NCBI GenBank assembly: GCA_036172245.1
Contig: JAYWIR010000007.1
Span: forward strand, 2,480,001 to 2,544,000
DNA from: Raillietiella orientalis
Taxonomy: Eukaryota
DNA: 64,000 nt
Direction: 5' to 3'
The notes under the pieces are model-generated. The model worked only from the letters and a program-made list of their open reading frames with translations, made no database searches and was not told the origin of the DNA. Positions 61,501-64,000 of this stretch are shown piece by piece; position 1 is the first letter of the stretch; each line of letters begins with the position of its first letter. The translations under genes were made by a program, and so were the position numbers.

Positions 61501-63885
61501 AGACCGCTTGGGGCAGTAGAAGTAGTGCGACGGAAATCTTTAGCTGAGCGGCGGAGCAGCCACGCAGCTTCCAGTCCCTCTAGAGCGCATGCAGGTGCGA
61601 AAGTGGATATCTTGGCTTCCCACCTGGCTGCGTGCCTACGGCATCTCAGGTCGGGAAACAGGGGAAGTTTCGCCCGTAACTAGGGGGAAAGAATTCGCGA
61701 TCGAGACTGCGTGGATGGGGTACGGGTGGAGGAAGAAATTGGAGAATAAGACGAGTCGTTCAGGACTGCTGTGGGGACTCTGTCCCCACAGCAGTCCTGA
61801 GCAGTCCTGAAGCAGAGAATTCGCTGCAGCCTATCACTGTCCTTGGGAATTCGGAGCGAGTAGAGAAAAAGAAGTGACGCGGGATGCCTATGGACATCCA
61901 CTGAGAGAGAGAAAGAAAAAATGTTCCACTTCACGGAAGAGAATGCGCACAGGGAAGGAAACGTCCGAATCTCCTCATCAGCTATATAGATCCTCAGGGC
62001 AGAGAGAATTGCAGGGAGGAGGGAAGAGGAGATGAGGAGAGCTTTGGAACCGGCGCGAAGCAGTGGATGTCCTACGAGAGGAAAATCAAGCTGTGTAGGA
62101 AGGATGGAATGGAGCACCTACAGCTAATGAGTCAGGAAATCAGTCCTCAGGACATTTCAGATGCCCTCACGAGAGCCTCAGCTCTTGGCCGAATGACCTT
62201 CTTTCCTTTACTTTCCCCAGGGAGAATGCGGTGGTAGTAGGGGCGCGCGAGGAGACGGGGAAATCGGATCCTACGATTACGCTGGCAAAGAAAGAATGAA
62301 GAAGGGAAACAGCCCACTGTATCCATTTTTCTCTCCTTCCTGAAGTAGCAGAGCAACAACTTTCCTCCCTAGTCCGACATCCCTTCACCGAGCACGCTCT
62401 GTAGCGTTCAAGCATCCGCACGCAAGTTGCTGAAGGATGCGTCGTTCTCAGTTCCCACCCTCGGACATCGTTTCTCACCTCCCTTCTCTCCCCAGCTGGG
62501 GTGAATTATGGACATCGTATTTGCAGTTTCCTCCTCCCTCCTCCCCCCTTCCCACTTCTTCGCTCCGTATGCTACGATTTGCACGGAGAGACTGACGTCG
62601 GCGCGGTAGCAACCCGAAGGTGAGAAGGTGCAGTTACCTCGGGTCGAGGTCGTATTTGCTTCCTAGGTAGGCGAGTTGGGCAGGCGTGTAGCGGAAGCTC
62701 CTAGTGTCCAGATCAAACTGGCTGAAGGAGCACGGCACTGAGTTGTTGTCTGCAGGAGGTTTCACAGTAAAAGACCGAAGGTGCAGACTCGTCGCAGCTC
62801 AAGACATTACCTGGAAGTTTCCAAAGCTGGTGCCCATCTCTTCCAAGGAGATGTAGAATTTCTTCCGGTCCGCAGGTGTTTGGGAACCTCGAAACTAAAG
62901 CAAGGGAGTTTCTGTCAGCCTGGTTCGCGATCAGTGCAATCGTGACCTGACCTGCCCCCCTTGGTATGATTTAGAACATTGAGAATTGCAGAAGACAACA
63001 AATAAACGGAAGAACGCGCTTTGAGCGAAAGAACAACAGCATCTACTCTTCCGCTCTGATCTTCATGGGTAAGTCTGTCGGCCAGATGTAACTTGGGACC
63101 TCAGCGTGAGAAGTGAGAGCGATTCGGAAGGGTCGGCCTACTCAATTTTGCCAACACGCACGCAACACGCCTCTTGGCCCAAGACACTGTCGTCCTAAAA
63201 TGCAGTTCCCGCTGCACCCCGTGCATTCCATCGTGATTGTTCATTCTCTATCCCGAACACTGTGTTTCCTTCATGTCTTAAGCAAGACCACTTTGGCAGT
63301 GATCCGCAGATCTTCTCTTTGCTGCACCTGAAGAAATGGCGGGGTGATCTCGGTTTCCACCTGCCCCGATTCTTGTCATTCTGATGGTTTAGCGGCTATT
63401 GCCAAATTCAAGGTACTCCCATGATCTCTAGCCATTCGCGGGGCGAGTGTTGACGTGCGACCTCATCACTAACGTTGCTTCCCGTTTTTTAAAGAAACTG
63501 AGTCCATGTTTGCCACCATCTTTGACTCAAGCCCGAACAAAGGAATACGGAAGATTTGCACCAGAAAAGAGGAATCAGTGACCAATCGGAATGCCTTCCT
63601 CGAAGGTCATCGAGTCCTCAAAGATGCGCAGACCACCTCTGGTGAATCCTTCCCTTTGATCCCCAGATCCTTTTCTCCATCGTTCTGTAGGAATCTCCAT
63701 CTGGAACGCGCTTCTTGGTCCCGTTCTTGAATGGCATTCAGTTTTGATTTCACCCTTGAGAAGCTGCTTTCGGTCTTTCTTCCAGGATGATTGGGGCTTG
63801 CATCTTGTGACCTGCGGAGAGCGTTCAAAGCCCAAATCTTAGCATCAGTAGGTGAGGAGGACATTTCTGAAACTTTCTTCAACAC
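58595..63885 (-). CDS. DEG/ENaC (pickpocket/ASIC-family) channel subunit, divergent, 3' part only; 5' end probably beyond the window; middle exons unresolved
   Basis: Last exon 58800-58595 encodes TM2 (S|EIGGILGLTLGGSIISIMEVVFLGL). It splices in phase to 60219-60131 (EEVIDVVLQYPALQVNRFISQDFRLSKFF), and probably to 60472-60361. Upstream in-phase pair 62894-62811 + 62749-62638 gives GHQLWKLPDNNSVPCSFSQFD..LGSKYDL. ALRIYIADEEIRTFP near 62000 resembles the GLRVYIH..PFP motif. The 63885 limit is only a tentative exon. Confidence 0.75.
61760..61810. repeat. Perfect 19-bp inverted repeat (3-nt loop) followed by a 10-bp tandem duplication
   Basis: TCAGGACTGCTGTGGGGAC tct GTCCCCACAGCAGTCCTGA, then GCAGTCCTGA again. 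Confidence 0.9.
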
Positions 63886-64000
63886 CTTAGGAGGACGAGA
63901 AAGAGGAAACAGAGAGTGAGCAAGAATTCACGAATAAGAATTTGTTAGGAACAGTGTGGTGCCTAAAGGGAATATTCATTTCCAGAATCTTCGGAGCTTC

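Noticed and set aside
58980..61683. Protein-like plus-strand ORFs (59082, 59991, 61219)
   Set aside because: They lie antisense within the DEG/ENaC gene, partly shadow its exons, and do not join into a gene.

Overview
Eukaryotic, intron-containing animal DNA, most likely a non-Drosophila arthropod (inferred from a neyo/nyobe-type PAN-ZP gene together with an NRARP gene). The ORF track is mostly noise, so genes were assembled by hand from splice sites. Five genes assemble fully. (1) A 12-exon ATG16L1/Atg16 on the minus strand (26855->1804, 557 aa). (2) A complete 3-exon PAN/Apple + ZP-domain apical-matrix gene (13118-20961, +, 667 aa) nested antisense inside the 12.7-kb intron 7 of ATG16. (3) A 6-exon HSPBAP1-like JmjC gene (38831->37057, -). 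(4) An NRARP-like ankyrin gene with an intronless CDS (48657-49043, +) in a GC/CpG-rich island. (5) A 3-exon FAM32A (53141-54347, +). Two more are only partly resolved: the 3' part of a very divergent DEG/ENaC (pickpocket-type) channel gene (-, ends 58595), and an unidentified AT-rich multi-exon gene-like region (~30.0-34.2 kb, -). The most interesting signal is about ten Su(H)/CSL sites around NRARP, including a head-to-head pair with the 16-bp Hes1-type spacing, which suggests a Notch feedback module in an arthropod. Several long hairpins, 43-63 nt introns and a sharp GC/AT mosaic are also present. I saw no tRNA, rRNA, CRISPR array or intact transposon, and nothing I can establish as a wholly new system.
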